Of a stretch of 64,000 nucleotides of DNA, positions 18,556 through 27,949 are shown one piece after another. This stretch comes from an uncultured Planctomycetia bacterium (GTDB taxonomy: Bacteria; Omnitrophota; Gorgyraeia; 1-14-0-20-64-10), in assembly GCA_964603095.1 (NCBI GenBank), contig CAZRTR010000001.1:8723-72722 (forward strand). The letters are read 5' to 3'. The translations under genes and the position numbers were made by a program. The notes below the pieces were generated by a model. The model had not been told where the DNA came from. It made no database searches and worked only from the letters and a program-made list of their open reading frames with translations. Numbering within the stretch: the first letter of the stretch is position 1; each line of letters opens with the position of its first letter.

Positions 18556-19451
18556 ATCTTCATCACTCCATCACCTTCTACTATAGCACAAGTATACTGC
18601 GCATCGCTCCGTTCCCGAAGGTGACCTTGGCGATACCGGACCTGCATCAGGCACAGCCCCTTGGCCGGGGCGGTGGGTGGGACGAGCAGCTTGGAGGTGG
18701 GAGGTTTGAATCGGTGAAAGGGGGAATCGGTGAAGGGGTGAAGGAGATTTTTGGCGATGGAGGGAGGATATTTTCCTCTACCGATGTCGATCAGGAGCCC
18801 GGCGATCCGGCGGGCCATGTGGTAGAGGAAGCCGTCCGCCTCGGCGTCGATCAGGAGGAGATGTCCCTTCTTGGAAACGGTCAGGCGCCGCAAGGTGCGG
18901 ACCGTCGATCGGACCGAGCAGCTTAGGGGACTGTCCCCGCGGGGGACTGTCCCCGAATTTGGATTCTCCGAGGAGCAAAACCGCTTGAAATCATGACGGC
19001 CTCTTAAAGCGCGCGCCGCCTTTCGCATGGCGGCGACGTTCAAGGGGATCGGCAGATGCAGAACAAAATTCCGGTTGAACAGGGGCCGCTGGGGAGAGTT
19101 CCAGATCGCGTAACGGTACCACTTCCGCTTGGCGCCGAACCGGGCGTGGAATTTGGACGGCGCCGGTTGGACGGAGCGGATCAGGATATCCTCCGGGAGG
19201 GTGGCGTTGAGCGCTTTCCGGATCGTCTGAGGGGACAGTCGAGTGCGGACACTCACGTGGGCCACCTGCCCCTGGGCGTGGACCCCGCTGTCGGTCCGGC
19301 CGGCGCCGGTCACCTGGACTTTACGGCCGGCGATCTTGCGGAGGGCTTCCTCTAGAGTCTGCTGGACGGTCCGGGCGTTTTTCTGGCGCTGCCAACCGGC
19401 GAAGTGAGTACCATCGTAAGCGACCGTGAGTTTTAAAACGGTGCCAGGCAC
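18549..19451 (-). CDS. truA: tRNA pseudouridine(38-40) synthase
   Basis: GAGRTDSGVHA catalytic-Asp motif and a C-terminal AKGLCL motif. It contains an in-frame roughly 15-aa insertion encoded by a tandem palindrome. The true stop is probably near 18680, before the annotated 18549. Confidence 0.85.
   Translation of the reverse strand: MPGTVLKLTVAYDGTHFAGWQRQKNARTVQQTLEEALRKIAGRKVQVTGAGRTDSGVHAQGQVAHVSVRTRLSPQTIRKALNATLPEDILIRSVQPAPSKFHARFGAKRKWYRYAIWNSPQRPLFNRNFVLHLPIPLNVAAMRKAARALRGRHDFKRFCSSENPNSGTVPRGDSPLSCSVRSTVRTLRRLTVSKKGHLLLIDAEADGFLYHMARRIAGLLIDIGRGKYPPSIAKNLLHPFTDSPFHRFKPPTSKLLVPPTAPAKGLCLMQVRYRQGHLRERSDAQYTCAIVEGDGVMKIC
18934..18962. repeat. tandem palindromic 13-mer (ggggactgtcccc, two copies) inside truA
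   Basis: ggggactgtccccgcgggggactgtcccc. Each unit is itself an inverted repeat. It is translated in frame (…NPNSGTVPRGDSPLSC…). Confidence 0.7.
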
Positions 19452-19461
19452 CTTTCTTGGG

Positions 19462-20526
19462 TCACTTTTTAGGGAGGGTGCCAGGCACCAAGAGCTCGGC
19501 GATTTGGACGGCGTTTAAGGCGGCCCCTTTGCGAAGGTTGTCGGAAACGACCCAGCAGGTGAAGGCGTTTTTGATCGTCGGGTCCGGGCGAACGCGGCCG
19601 ACGAACACCTCGTCCTTGTGGGCCGCGTCGATCGGCATGGGGTAGCGTGGCTCCTCGACCAACGCCAACCCAGGGCTGTTGCGCCAGAGGTTTTTCAGCT
19701 CCTCCACCGTCGCGGGACGCTCCGTCTCGAAGTAGATCGACTCGGAATGGGCGTCCTTGACCGGGACCCGGACCGCGGTGGCGGTGATGGCGATGGAGGG
19801 ATCGTGGAGGATCTTCTGGGTCTCCTTGACCATCTTCCATTCCTCGGAGGTGTAGCCCAGATCCTCAAACGGGCCGATCTGGGGGAAGACATTGAAGCCG
19901 ATCGGCTGGGGGAGATGCTCCGGCTTCAGGATCGGCGCTTTGCGCAGATGAGCTTCGGTTTCGGCCAGCAGGGCTTCGGCCGCCTTGGCTCCGGCCCCGG
20001 AGGCGGCCTGGTAGGTGGAGACGATGACCCGCCGGACTTTGAACTTCCGGTGAGCGGGGTTCAAGGCCATCACCATCTGGATGGTGGAGCAGTTGGGGTT
20101 TGCGATCAGACCCTGGTGTTCTTTAAGATCCTCCGGATTGACCTCCGGAATGACGAGCGGAACGTTCGGATCCATCCGGAAGTCGGAGCCGTTGTCGATC
20201 ACGACCGCCCCCTGGGCGATCGCCTCCTTGGCGTAGGTGGCGGCGGCCCCCTTCTCCCCTTCGGTTCCGGCGAACAGGACGATCTCCTGCTCCTTGAACG
20301 CCTCGACTGAAACCGGCTGGACGGGATAGGAAACCCCGTCCACCTGGAGGGTCCGGGCGGAGCGGGCCAGGACGGTGAGCCGGGCGATCGGGAACCGACG
20401 CTGCCGCAGAACCCGAAGGAGCTCGATCCCGACGGCCCCCGCTCCGACAACGCAGACGTTATACGCCGACTTTTTGGGAAGCACCGGATGACTCCAGCGC
20501 CTGGACGACGAGGTCGCCGACTTCAC
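19462..20526 (-). CDS. asd: aspartate-semialdehyde dehydrogenase
   Basis: VGAGAVG Rossmann motif and the Cys-containing NPNCSTI active-site region. The start is uncertain: the annotated ORF overlaps leuB by 68 nt, and a GTG near 20484 is likelier. Confidence 0.85.
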   Translation of the reverse strand: MKSATSSSRRWSHPVLPKKSAYNVCVVGAGAVGIELLRVLRQRRFPIARLTVLARSARTLQVDGVSYPVQPVSVEAFKEQEIVLFAGTEGEKGAAATYAKEAIAQGAVVIDNGSDFRMDPNVPLVIPEVNPEDLKEHQGLIANPNCSTIQMVMALNPAHRKFKVRRVIVSTYQAASGAGAKAAEALLAETEAHLRKAPILKPEHLPQPIGFNVFPQIGPFEDLGYTSEEWKMVKETQKILHDPSIAITATAVRVPVKDAHSESIYFETERPATVEELKNLWRNSPGLALVEEPRYPMPIDAAHKDEVFVGRVRPDPTIKNAFTCWVVSDNLRKGAALNAVQIAELLVPGTLPKK

Positions 20527-21553
20527 TGGTGGAGTAGCCCATCTTGCCGGCGGCCAAGCCTTTGATCTTGGTGGCGGTGACGCTCTTGACCGCCTCCTCC
20601 ACTTGGGCTCCCGCCTCCCTTTCCCCCAGATGCTCGAGCATCATGGAGACCGCCACGATCGCCGCCAGCGGATTGATCACGTTCTTGCCGGTGTATTTGG
20701 GGGCGGAGCCGCCGATCGGCTCGAACATGGAGACCCCCTCCGGGTTCAGGTTCCCTCCGGCGGCGATCCCCAGCCCCCCCTGGATCATGGCCCCCAGATC
20801 GGTGATGATGTCCCCGAACATGTTGTTGGTCACGATCACATCGAAGATCTCCGGCGACTTGACCATCCACATCGTGACGGCGTCGACATGGGTGTAGTCG
20901 GTCGGGATGTCGGCGTAGACCTTCCCCACCTCGGCGAAGACCCGGGCCCAAAGGTCATGGGCGTAGGTCAGGACGTTGGTCTTGGCGCAGAGGGTCAGCT
21001 TCTTCTTGGGGGAATTGCGCCGGCGGGTCAGGTCGAAGGCGTACCGGACGCACCGCTCCACCCCTTTGCGGGTGTTGAAATCCAGCTGGATCGCCACCTC
21101 ATCGGGGGTCCCTTTCTTGAAGAAGCCGCCGATCCCGACGTAGAGGGACTCGGTGTTCTCCCGGACCACGACGAAATCGATCTCCTGCGGTGTCTTGTCC
21201 TTGAGCGGGGTCCAGACGCCGGGGTACAGCTTCACCGGGCGCAGGTTGATGTACTGGTCCAGCTCGAACCGGATCCGCAGAAGAATCCCCTGCTCCAAGA
21301 CGCCCGGTTTGACCTCCGGGTGCCCGATCGCCCCCAGGTAGATCGCATCGACCGATTTCAGCTCTTTCAAGACCGAGTCGGGCAGCGCCTCCCCGGTTCT
21401 GAGATACCGGCCTCCCCCCAGGTCGTACGGGATCGTCTCCGCCTGGAAACCGGCCTTTTGCGAGACGGCCTTGAGCACCTTGAGCCCCTCCTGGACCACC
21501 TCCGGGCCGGTTCCGTCCCCGGGGATCACGGCGATTCGATAGCTGGGGTTCAT
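20459..21553 (-). CDS. leuB: 3-isopropylmalate dehydrogenase
   Basis: [10 protein letters not shown] and NMFGDIITD motifs of beta-decarboxylating dehydrogenases. leuB-asd adjacency is common. Confidence 0.8.
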   Translation of the reverse strand: MNPSYRIAVIPGDGTGPEVVQEGLKVLKAVSQKAGFQAETIPYDLGGGRYLRTGEALPDSVLKELKSVDAIYLGAIGHPEVKPGVLEQGILLRIRFELDQYINLRPVKLYPGVWTPLKDKTPQEIDFVVVRENTESLYVGIGGFFKKGTPDEVAIQLDFNTRKGVERCVRYAFDLTRRRNSPKKKLTLCAKTNVLTYAHDLWARVFAEVGKVYADIPTDYTHVDAVTMWMVKSPEIFDVIVTNNMFGDIITDLGAMIQGGLGIAAGGNLNPEGVSMFEPIGGSAPKYTGKNVINPLAAIVAVSMMLEHLGEREAGAQVEEAVKSVTATKIKGLAAGKMGYSTSEVGDLVVQALESSGASQKVGV

Positions 21554-21562
21554 GGGATCAAG

Positions 21563-22420
21563 TCACCCCCTCACCCCCCGGCCCGCCTTCCGGCCTTCGC
21601 GCCGGGGCGGGCTGTCCCTCTCCCCCTCAGGGGGAGAGGGTAGACCAGTCTCAGGACTGGAGGGGGCGGCGTACGATTTCTTCGGAATCCGACCGGCCAG
21701 GAAAGCCAGCCGCCCCGCCTCCACGGCCAGCCGCATCGCCCCGGCCATCTGAACCGGATCTTGGGCGCCGGCCACCCCGGTGTTCATCAAGACCCCATCC
21801 ACCCCCAGCTCCATGGCGATCGCCGCGTCGGAGGCGGTTCCCACACCGGCATCGACGATGACCGGGATCCGGACCCCCTCCCGGATGAACCGGATGTTGA
21901 GGGGATTGAGGATCCCCTGCCCCGATCCGATCGGAGCGGCCAGCGGCATGACGCAGGCGGCCCCTGAATCTTCCAGCCGTTTGGCCGTGATCGGATCATC
22001 GTTGGTGTACGGCATGACGACAAAGCCCTCCTTGACCAGGATCTCGGTTGCCTCCAGGAGGGCCTTCGTGTCCGGAAGCAGCGTCTTCGGATCCCCGATC
22101 ACCTCCAGCTTGATCAGGTTGGAGAATCCGCAGGCGCGGGCCAGCCGGGCCACCCGGATCGCTTCCTCCGCGGTATAACAGCCGGCGGTGTTGGGCAGAA
22201 GGGTGTATCGGGCCGTGTCCAGATGACTCAAGACCGGATCGGCGGCCCGATTCTTCAAATCGACCCGGCGGACCGCCACCGTCACCATCTCGGTTCCGGA
22301 GCATTCCAGCGCCTGGCGCATGATCTCTGGAGAGGGGTACTTCCCCGTTCCCAGGATCAGCCGGGACCGAAGCGTGTAGGAACCGATCTTCAGCAGATCC
22401 TCTGTTTCTGTTTGGATCAT
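21563..22420 (-). CDS. thiG: thiazole synthase
   Basis: [28 protein letters not shown]... and C-terminal ...[14 protein letters not shown]. The start is trimmed from a 372-aa ORF and overlaps the glgC stop (ATGA). Confidence 0.88.
   Translation of the reverse strand: MIQTETEDLLKIGSYTLRSRLILGTGKYPSPEIMRQALECSGTEMVTVAVRRVDLKNRAADPVLSHLDTARYTLLPNTAGCYTAEEAIRVARLARACGFSNLIKLEVIGDPKTLLPDTKALLEATEILVKEGFVVMPYTNDDPITAKRLEDSGAACVMPLAAPIGSGQGILNPLNIRFIREGVRIPVIVDAGVGTASDAAIAMELGVDGVLMNTGVAGAQDPVQMAGAMRLAVEAGRLAFLAGRIPKKSYAAPSSPETGLPSPPEGERDSPPRREGRKAGRGVRG
21567..21640. repeat. GC-rich nested palindromic element, family 2 (copy 1)
   Basis: tcaccccctcacccc ... ccctctcccc ctca ggggagaggg. It is related to 25513..25562 and is translated as the thiG tail ...[12 protein letters not shown].... 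Confidence 0.6.
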
Positions 22421-23658
22421 TTCAACTCCGTTCCTTTCGCCACGACCGTGATGCCCGATTCGGTCACGGAGAAGCGGCGGCGGTCCTCCGCCGGATCGTA
22501 CCCGATTACGGTGGAGGCGGGGATCTTCACATCCTTGTCGATGATCGCCCGGCGGATCCGGCAGTGGCGGCCCACATCCACCCCCTCCAGCAGGATCGAG
22601 TCGGTCATCTCGCTGTAGCTGTTGATTCGGACATTCGGGGAAAGGACTGAGCGGACCACCTTCCCTCCTGAGAGGATGCATCCTTCGGCCACCAGAGAGT
22701 CCAGCGCCATCCCGACCCGCTTCGGGTCCTCCCCACCGGCGAAGATGAACTTGGCCGGGGGATGCTGCTCCATGTAGGTTCTCACCGGCCAGTCCCGATC
22801 GTACAGGTTGAAGGTCGGGGTGACCTGCACCAGGTCCATGTTCGCCTCGTAGTAGGCGTCCACCGTCCCCACGTCCCGCCAGTAGGGGGGCTGTTCCGGC
22901 GTTCCTTCCATCAAAAAGCCGATGACCCGGCGGTTGGCCCGCAGGCAGTTGGGAAGGATGTTCCGGCCGAAGTCATGCTCTGTCGGCTGCTTGGCGTCAC
23001 TCAGCAGCTCTTCTTCCAGCACCTTCCGGTTGAACAGGTAGATCCCCATAGAGGCGTAGATCTGGCTTGGTGTTCCGGGAATCACCGGGGGATCGGCCGG
23101 CTTCTCCACGAACCGGACAATCCGGCGCCTGTCATCCAGCTCCGCCACCCCCAACAGGGGGGCCTTCTCCCTTGGCATCGGAACCACCCCCACGGTGACC
23201 TCGGCCTGGGCTTCCTCATGGAACTCCAGCATCTGGGCATAGTTCATCTTGTAGATGTGATCGCCCGCCAGGATGAGGACGTGGGTCGGCTTCTCCATCT
23301 CGATCGAGTAGATGTTCTGATAGACGCTGTCCGCCGTCCCCTGGTACCAGTGTTCATCCACCCGCTGCTGCGGATGGATGACGTCGATGTATTCCCCCAG
23401 CTCGGCGTCGAAGATGTTCCATCCCATCCAGAGGTGCCGAACGAGGGAGATCGACTTGTACTGGGTCAGGACGTGGATCTTCCTCACCCCCGAATTGATG
23501 CAGTTGGAGAGGGTGAAGTCGATGATCCGGTAGATCCCCCCGAAAGGCACCGCCGGCTTGGCCCGGTCCCGGGTGAGCGGCATCAGCCGTTCCCCTTTCC
23601 CCCCGGCCATCACGAAGGTTAAAACATCCTTCATCCTTGTCTGAATGACCCTTTGCAT
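22417..23658 (-). CDS. glgC: glucose-1-phosphate adenylyltransferase
   Basis: AGGKGERL...[21 protein letters not shown]. The start is chosen at an ATG preceded by AAGGA. The annotated ORF extends to a TTG at 23700 through a hairpin. Confidence 0.85.
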   Translation of the reverse strand: MQRVIQTRMKDVLTFVMAGGKGERLMPLTRDRAKPAVPFGGIYRIIDFTLSNCINSGVRKIHVLTQYKSISLVRHLWMGWNIFDAELGEYIDVIHPQQRVDEHWYQGTADSVYQNIYSIEMEKPTHVLILAGDHIYKMNYAQMLEFHEEAQAEVTVGVVPMPREKAPLLGVAELDDRRRIVRFVEKPADPPVIPGTPSQIYASMGIYLFNRKVLEEELLSDAKQPTEHDFGRNILPNCLRANRRVIGFLMEGTPEQPPYWRDVGTVDAYYEANMDLVQVTPTFNLYDRDWPVRTYMEQHPPAKFIFAGGEDPKRVGMALDSLVAEGCILSGGKVVRSVLSPNVRINSYSEMTDSILLEGVDVGRHCRIRRAIIDKDVKIPASTVIGYDPAEDRRRFSVTESGITVVAKGTELK

Positions 23659-23675
23659 TTTCCTTGAAGTTTCTT

Positions 23676-23697
23676 GTGCACCGTTAGGTGCACAGTC
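23676..23697 (-). promoter_or_regulatory. perfect 8-bp hairpin in the glgC 5' region
   Basis: ttgtgcacc gtta ggtgcacag sits immediately upstream of the preferred glgC ATG. Confidence 0.3.
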
Positions 23698-23736
23698 CAA
23701 GAGAAATCCCGCCGCCAGGCGGGAGGGAAACCCCCA

Positions 23737-24528
23737 TTATATCCTCCTTTGGGCGAGCGTTACAAGGAGACGGGTGTACGGGTGCTCAGGGGCTTGGAAC
23801 AGACGGGGGTTGGACCCCTCCTCGATGATTTGGCCCTCGCGCATCACCAGGATCCGGTCGGTGATGGCGCCTACCGTCGCCAGGTTGTGAGAGATGAAGA
23901 AGAGGGTCAAGCGGCGCTTGGCCTGGAGCTGGGTCAGGAGCTGAAGGATTTGGGCCTGGACCGAAAGATCGAGGGAGGAGACCGGCTCGTCACAAATCAG
24001 CAGCCGGGGACTTAAAGCCAACGCCCGGGCGATCCCGACCCTCTGGCGCTGGCCCCCGCTTAAATGCTGCGGACGTCGGGCGGCCAACTCAGGGTCCAGC
24101 CCCACCTCTTTCAGCAGGTTCCGGACCTTCTCCTTCCGCTCCTGACGGGTCCCGATTCGATGGATCGCGATCGGCTCTTCGATGATCTGTCCCACCTGCA
24201 TCAGAGGGTCCAGCGAGGCCATCGGATCCTGGAAGATCATTTGAACCGATTGGCGGAACTCCCGGAGCCGTTCCCCGCGGAGGGAATCCAGCGGTTCTCC
24301 CCGGAATCGGATCGACCCGCTCGTGGGGTTGAGGAGCCGGCACAGGAGCCGGGCCAGAGTGCTTTTCCCGCACCCCGACTCCCCCACCAGCCCCACCGAC
24401 TCCCCCTCCCGCAAAGAGAAGGTGACTTCTTTCACCGCTTCCACCCAACCCTTGGTTGAACCGAGGGAGTGTGCTTGAAGCGGGAATCGCTTGGTTAAGT
24501 CCAGCGCTTCAAGCAGCGGTTCACTCAT
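23737..24528 (-). CDS. oppF: oligopeptide/dipeptide ABC transporter ATP-binding protein (OppF-like)
   Basis: Walker A GESGCGKST, signature LSGGQRQR, Walker B LLICDEP, and the C-terminal oligopeptide-ABC region. Confidence 0.85.
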   Translation of the reverse strand: MSEPLLEALDLTKRFPLQAHSLGSTKGWVEAVKEVTFSLREGESVGLVGESGCGKSTLARLLCRLLNPTSGSIRFRGEPLDSLRGERLREFRQSVQMIFQDPMASLDPLMQVGQIIEEPIAIHRIGTRQERKEKVRNLLKEVGLDPELAARRPQHLSGGQRQRVGIARALALSPRLLICDEPVSSLDLSVQAQILQLLTQLQAKRRLTLFFISHNLATVGAITDRILVMREGQIIEEGSNPRLFQAPEHPYTRLLVTLAQRRI

Positions 24529-24532
24529 GGGG

Positions 24533-24596
24533 CATCGATCGTCCTGAGCCTGTCGAAGGATGACCGGTCATGGTTCGGCAGGCTCACCATGACCGG
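24533..24596. repeat. REP-like palindromic repeat, family 1 (copy D)
   Basis: gatcgtcctgagcctgtcgaaggatgaccg followed by gtcatggttcggcaggctcaccatgaccg lies at the oppD/oppF junction. It is translated as the oppD tail. Confidence 0.6.
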
Positions 24597-25605
24597 CGAT
24601 GCCTTGTTCCCGTTTCCAGCAGCTTACCGTGTGGCCCTCCCGGACCGGCTTGAGCGCCGGTTCCTCGCTGCGGCAGCGGTCGATCACCTCGGGGCAACGG
24701 GGATGGAAGGGGCATCCGGCCGGGATCCTCCGCAGGTCCGGGACGGAGCCGGGGATCGCCTGGACCGTTTGTCTTCCCTGCCCGATTTTGGGAAGACAGT
24801 TCAGAAGTTGCTGGGCGTAAGGGTGGCTGGGGTTCCTGTAAAACTCCTGCGTCTTGGCCACCTCCACGATCCGGCCGGCGTACATGACGGCAATCCGGTC
24901 AGAGTGGGGGGCGACCGCCCCCAGATCATGGGTGATCAGCAGCACCCCCATTCCCCGATGCTCTTTGAGTTCCTTAAGCAGCGCCAGGATCTCATGCTGT
25001 GTCGTGACATCCAAGGCGGTGGTCGGCTCGTCGGCGATCAGGAGTTTTGGGTTCCCGGCCAGGGCGATGGCGATCATCACCCGCTGACGCATCCCCCCCG
25101 AGAGCTGGTGGGGGTACTGGCGGATCCGCTCCTGCGGCAAGGGAATCTGGACTTGGAAGAGAAGCTGGATCCCTTTGAGCCAGGCCTCTTTTCCATGGAG
25201 GTTCTGATGAAGCTCAATCGCCTCTCGGAGCTGTTCCCCGACACTCATGACCGGGTTCAGAGCGGTCATCGGGTCCTGGAAGATGTAGGCGATCTCGCCG
25301 CCTCGGATCGATCGAAGCTGCTCTTCCCCGAGGGAGGTCAGGTCGGTTCCCTGGAATCGGGCCCGGCCGCTGACGATCCGGGCCAGGGGAGGAAGGAGCC
25401 GGCCGATCGACAGGGCTAGCATCGTCTTCCCGCAGCCGGACTCCCCGACCAGGGCCAGGGTTTCCTTGGGGCGGATCTCCAGGTCGACCCCATCCACCGC
25501 TTTGACCGGGTGCCCCCTCACCCTTTCCCTCTCCCCTGAGGGGAGAGGGTGGGGTGAGGGGTAAATGTAGGTCCGCAGCCCTTGAATCGAAAGCAGCGGT
25601 GTCAC
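24568..25605 (-). CDS. oppD: oligopeptide/dipeptide ABC transporter ATP-binding protein (OppD-like)
   Basis: GESGCGKT, LSGGMRQR, LLIADEPTTALD. A GTG start overlaps the deacetylase TGA (GTGA). The N-terminal region carries a 16-aa in-frame insertion from palindrome family 2. Confidence 0.85.
   Translation of the reverse strand: MTPLLSIQGLRTYIYPSPHPLPSGERERVRGHPVKAVDGVDLEIRPKETLALVGESGCGKTMLALSIGRLLPPLARIVSGRARFQGTDLTSLGEEQLRSIRGGEIAYIFQDPMTALNPVMSVGEQLREAIELHQNLHGKEAWLKGIQLLFQVQIPLPQERIRQYPHQLSGGMRQRVMIAIALAGNPKLLIADEPTTALDVTTQHEILALLKELKEHRGMGVLLITHDLGAVAPHSDRIAVMYAGRIVEVAKTQEFYRNPSHPYAQQLLNCLPKIGQGRQTVQAIPGSVPDLRRIPAGCPFHPRCPEVIDRCRSEEPALKPVREGHTVSCWKREQGIAGHGEPAEP
25513..25562. repeat. GC-rich nested palindromic element, family 2 (copy 2)
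   Basis: cccctcaccc ttt ccctctcccc tga ggggagaggg t ggggtgagggg is a near-perfect 48-nt nested inverted repeat. It is translated inside oppD as SPHPLPSGERERVRGH. Confidence 0.7.
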
Positions 25606-26294
25606 GACGGAGACCTCAGACGCCGATTCAGCCCGTAGAAGCCGCTGCATCGAACCCAAATTGAAAATGGGGTGGTGACGCTTCCACGCATCGAGATCCG
25701 ACGCAGAGCCCAACGATCGATTGGAAAGCGTCTCATCCCACGGTTCGTGGTGCAGGCCCCCCGGTAGCCGGCCTGGATCACCGCTTCCCGGACCGCCGGC
25801 GTGAAGCCGCCCGCCGGGTAACTGAGAAGCTGCGCCGGAATCCCGAGCCGTTCCAAGTTCCGTTTCGACTCGACGATCTGCCGTGTCGCCTCTTCCTCAG
25901 AAAGGGAGGGGAGGTAGGCGTGGGAGAGGGTGTGGCTGCCGAAGGAGATCCCCTGCCCTTTCATCCGATCGATCTGATCCCGCTTGAGAGCGGCCGGATG
26001 GTCGATATGGTTTGAGATCAGAAAGACGGTGGCCGGGATCCGGTGCGATTGAAGAATGGGGAAGGCGTGGGTGAAGGTATCCTCGGTCCCATCGTCGAAG
26101 GTGACCACCACCGATCGTCGTGGAATGGGAGTTCCCTGTTCCAGGCGGCTCACCAACTCCAGCAGGGGAATCGGCTCCCACCGTTTCGCCAGAATCCGCA
26201 TCTGTCGCTCAAAGATTTCCGGGGACACGGTTGGAGTGTCCTGACGGTGGTCCGGATGAATCCGGTGATAGGCAAGAATGGGCGGGTACCCCAT
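25602..26294 (-). CDS. polysaccharide deacetylase (CE4/NodB-homology family)
   Basis: VTFDDG, HTLSH and the metal-binding His/Asp pattern of NodB domains. It is embedded in the opp operon. Confidence 0.8.
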   Translation of the reverse strand: MGYPPILAYHRIHPDHRQDTPTVSPEIFERQMRILAKRWEPIPLLELVSRLEQGTPIPRRSVVVTFDDGTEDTFTHAFPILQSHRIPATVFLISNHIDHPAALKRDQIDRMKGQGISFGSHTLSHAYLPSLSEEEATRQIVESKRNLERLGIPAQLLSYPAGGFTPAVREAVIQAGYRGACTTNRGMRRFPIDRWALRRISMRGSVTTPFSIWVRCSGFYGLNRRLRSPS

Positions 26295-27083
26295 TTATCG
26301 CTTCCGCCCTGAGACCAGCAGGTAGCGGCCGGTGTCGGGATGATTCCCTTGGGCCTCCAACTCCATCTTGAACAGAAGCTCTTGGGCCGCGGGGTCCATC
26401 TCCGCCGGGTTGGCCGTGAGCCAGGAGATGAAGCCGATCGGGGTGATGGCCAACACCTCGACCCCGAGGTCCTGATAAAGTTTCGTCAGCTCCTGGCGGC
26501 TCTGCCAGTTGAAGTAGGATCCTCGGAAGATCCCCTCGGAAGCGGTGGCGACCTGGCGGATCGCCTGCCAGTCCTGATGCTGGATCGCCTCTGCCGCGTA
26601 GTAGGCGGTCGGCCGATGGGAGATGAAACAGAGTCCCCCCGTTCGGAGGAGGCGGATCAGCCCGGTCAGGAGCGTCTTGTAGTTCGATCGAAGATAGAGG
26701 ACCTCGGCGCAGAGGACAACATCGAAGGAGCCCTGCTGTTGGGACGGAAGCCACCGGGAAAGATCGCCTCGAATGAGCCGGAGGGAGGTCTTCTCGGCGC
26801 AGGCGTGGCGCCGGGCCCGGCGAAGGGCCAGATCGGAGGTGTCGATGCCGGTGACCTGGTGGCCTGCTTTCGCCAGGGGGATCGCCAGGCGCCCCGCCTG
26901 GCAGCCGGCATCCAGAATCTTCAGGGGAGGATGAAACGGTTGAGATTGAAGGGTCCGGTCGATCTGGTGGAGGTAGAGCCGGGCGAAGAACCGTTCCCCC
27001 TTGTTCTCAAACATGTCGTAGTAGGTCGGCTCATCCCGAAGAATGGCGCGTCGAAGTTTCCGGAGAATTTTTAAGCCCGCCAT
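26295..27083 (-). CDS. class I SAM-dependent methyltransferase
   Basis: ILDAGCQAGRLA (motif I), DVVLCAEVL. The start is trimmed to MAGLKIL.... It is embedded in the opp operon. Confidence 0.8.
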   Translation of the reverse strand: MAGLKILRKLRRAILRDEPTYYDMFENKGERFFARLYLHQIDRTLQSQPFHPPLKILDAGCQAGRLAIPLAKAGHQVTGIDTSDLALRRARRHACAEKTSLRLIRGDLSRWLPSQQQGSFDVVLCAEVLYLRSNYKTLLTGLIRLLRTGGLCFISHRPTAYYAAEAIQHQDWQAIRQVATASEGIFRGSYFNWQSRQELTKLYQDLGVEVLAITPIGFISWLTANPAEMDPAAQELLFKMELEAQGNHPDTGRYLLVSGRKR

Positions 27084-27949
27084 CTTCGCCGGAGTCCCTC
27101 CCCCAACAGATTGCATCCGAGCACCGTCAGGAAGATCGCCGTGCCCGGCGCCACGCTCAACCACCAGGCGACTCCCAATGTGGCCTTTCCTTCATTCAGG
27201 ATGTTCCCCCAGCTGGGAATCGGCGGCTGGACTCCGATCCCCAGAAAGCTTAAGCCCGACTCGATCAGGATCGCAGAGCCGATCCCCAACGTGGCGCTGA
27301 CAACGATCGGCGCCAGGGTGTTGGGGATCAGGTGCCTGACGATGATCCGGACGGGCGAAGCCCCGATCACGCGAGCCGCATGGATGAACTCCTGCTCTTT
27401 GAGCGACAGGACCTGCGCCCGCACGAGCCGGGACACCCCCATCCAGCCGGTGAGCCCAATGATCACCATGAGGTTGAAGATGTTGGGACCTAAGAAGGCG
27501 ACCGCCGCCAGGATCAGGAAGATGACCGGGAAACAGAGGAAGATGTCGACGGTCCGCATCAGGGCGGCATCCAGCCATCCTCCCCGGACTCCGGCGATCG
27601 TCCCGACCCCCACCCCGATCAGGATCGACAGCCCCACCGCCACCCCTCCGACGGAGAGGGAAACTCGGGCGCCGTAAAGCATCCGGGATAGGAGATCCCT
27701 CCCCAGCTGATCGGTCCCCAGGAGGTGCCCATGGGAAGGAGGGAGCAGCACCTCTTCCAGCCGGATCTCCTTCGGATCTGCGGGGGAGATCCTGGGGGCG
27801 AATATCGCCATGCCAACGATCATGGAGAGTATGACAACGCCAAGCGTCATTGCGAGGAGTCCCGAAGGGCCGACGTGGCAATCTCGCCTTAAAAACGAGA
27901 TTGCTTCGCTCCCGTTGATCGCTCGCAATGACGAAGAGGTGGCACTCAT
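27071..27949 (-). CDS. oppC: ABC transporter permease (OppC/DppC-like)
   Basis: Six TM helices and a BPD_transp_1 EAA-like loop (ARVIGASPVRII). Confidence 0.85.
   Translation of the reverse strand: MSATSSSLRAINGSEAISFLRRDCHVGPSGLLAMTLGVVILSMIVGMAIFAPRISPADPKEIRLEEVLLPPSHGHLLGTDQLGRDLLSRMLYGARVSLSVGGVAVGLSILIGVGVGTIAGVRGGWLDAALMRTVDIFLCFPVIFLILAAVAFLGPNIFNLMVIIGLTGWMGVSRLVRAQVLSLKEQEFIHAARVIGASPVRIIVRHLIPNTLAPIVVSATLGIGSAILIESGLSFLGIGVQPPIPSWGNILNEGKATLGVAWWLSVAPGTAIFLTVLGCNLLGEGLRRRWRA

Noticed and set aside
20199-20450. Small Pro/Ser/Arg-rich minus-strand ORFs inside asd and leuB (and many similar 60-150-aa ORFs throughout)
   Set aside because: They are alternative-frame artefacts inside confidently assigned genes.
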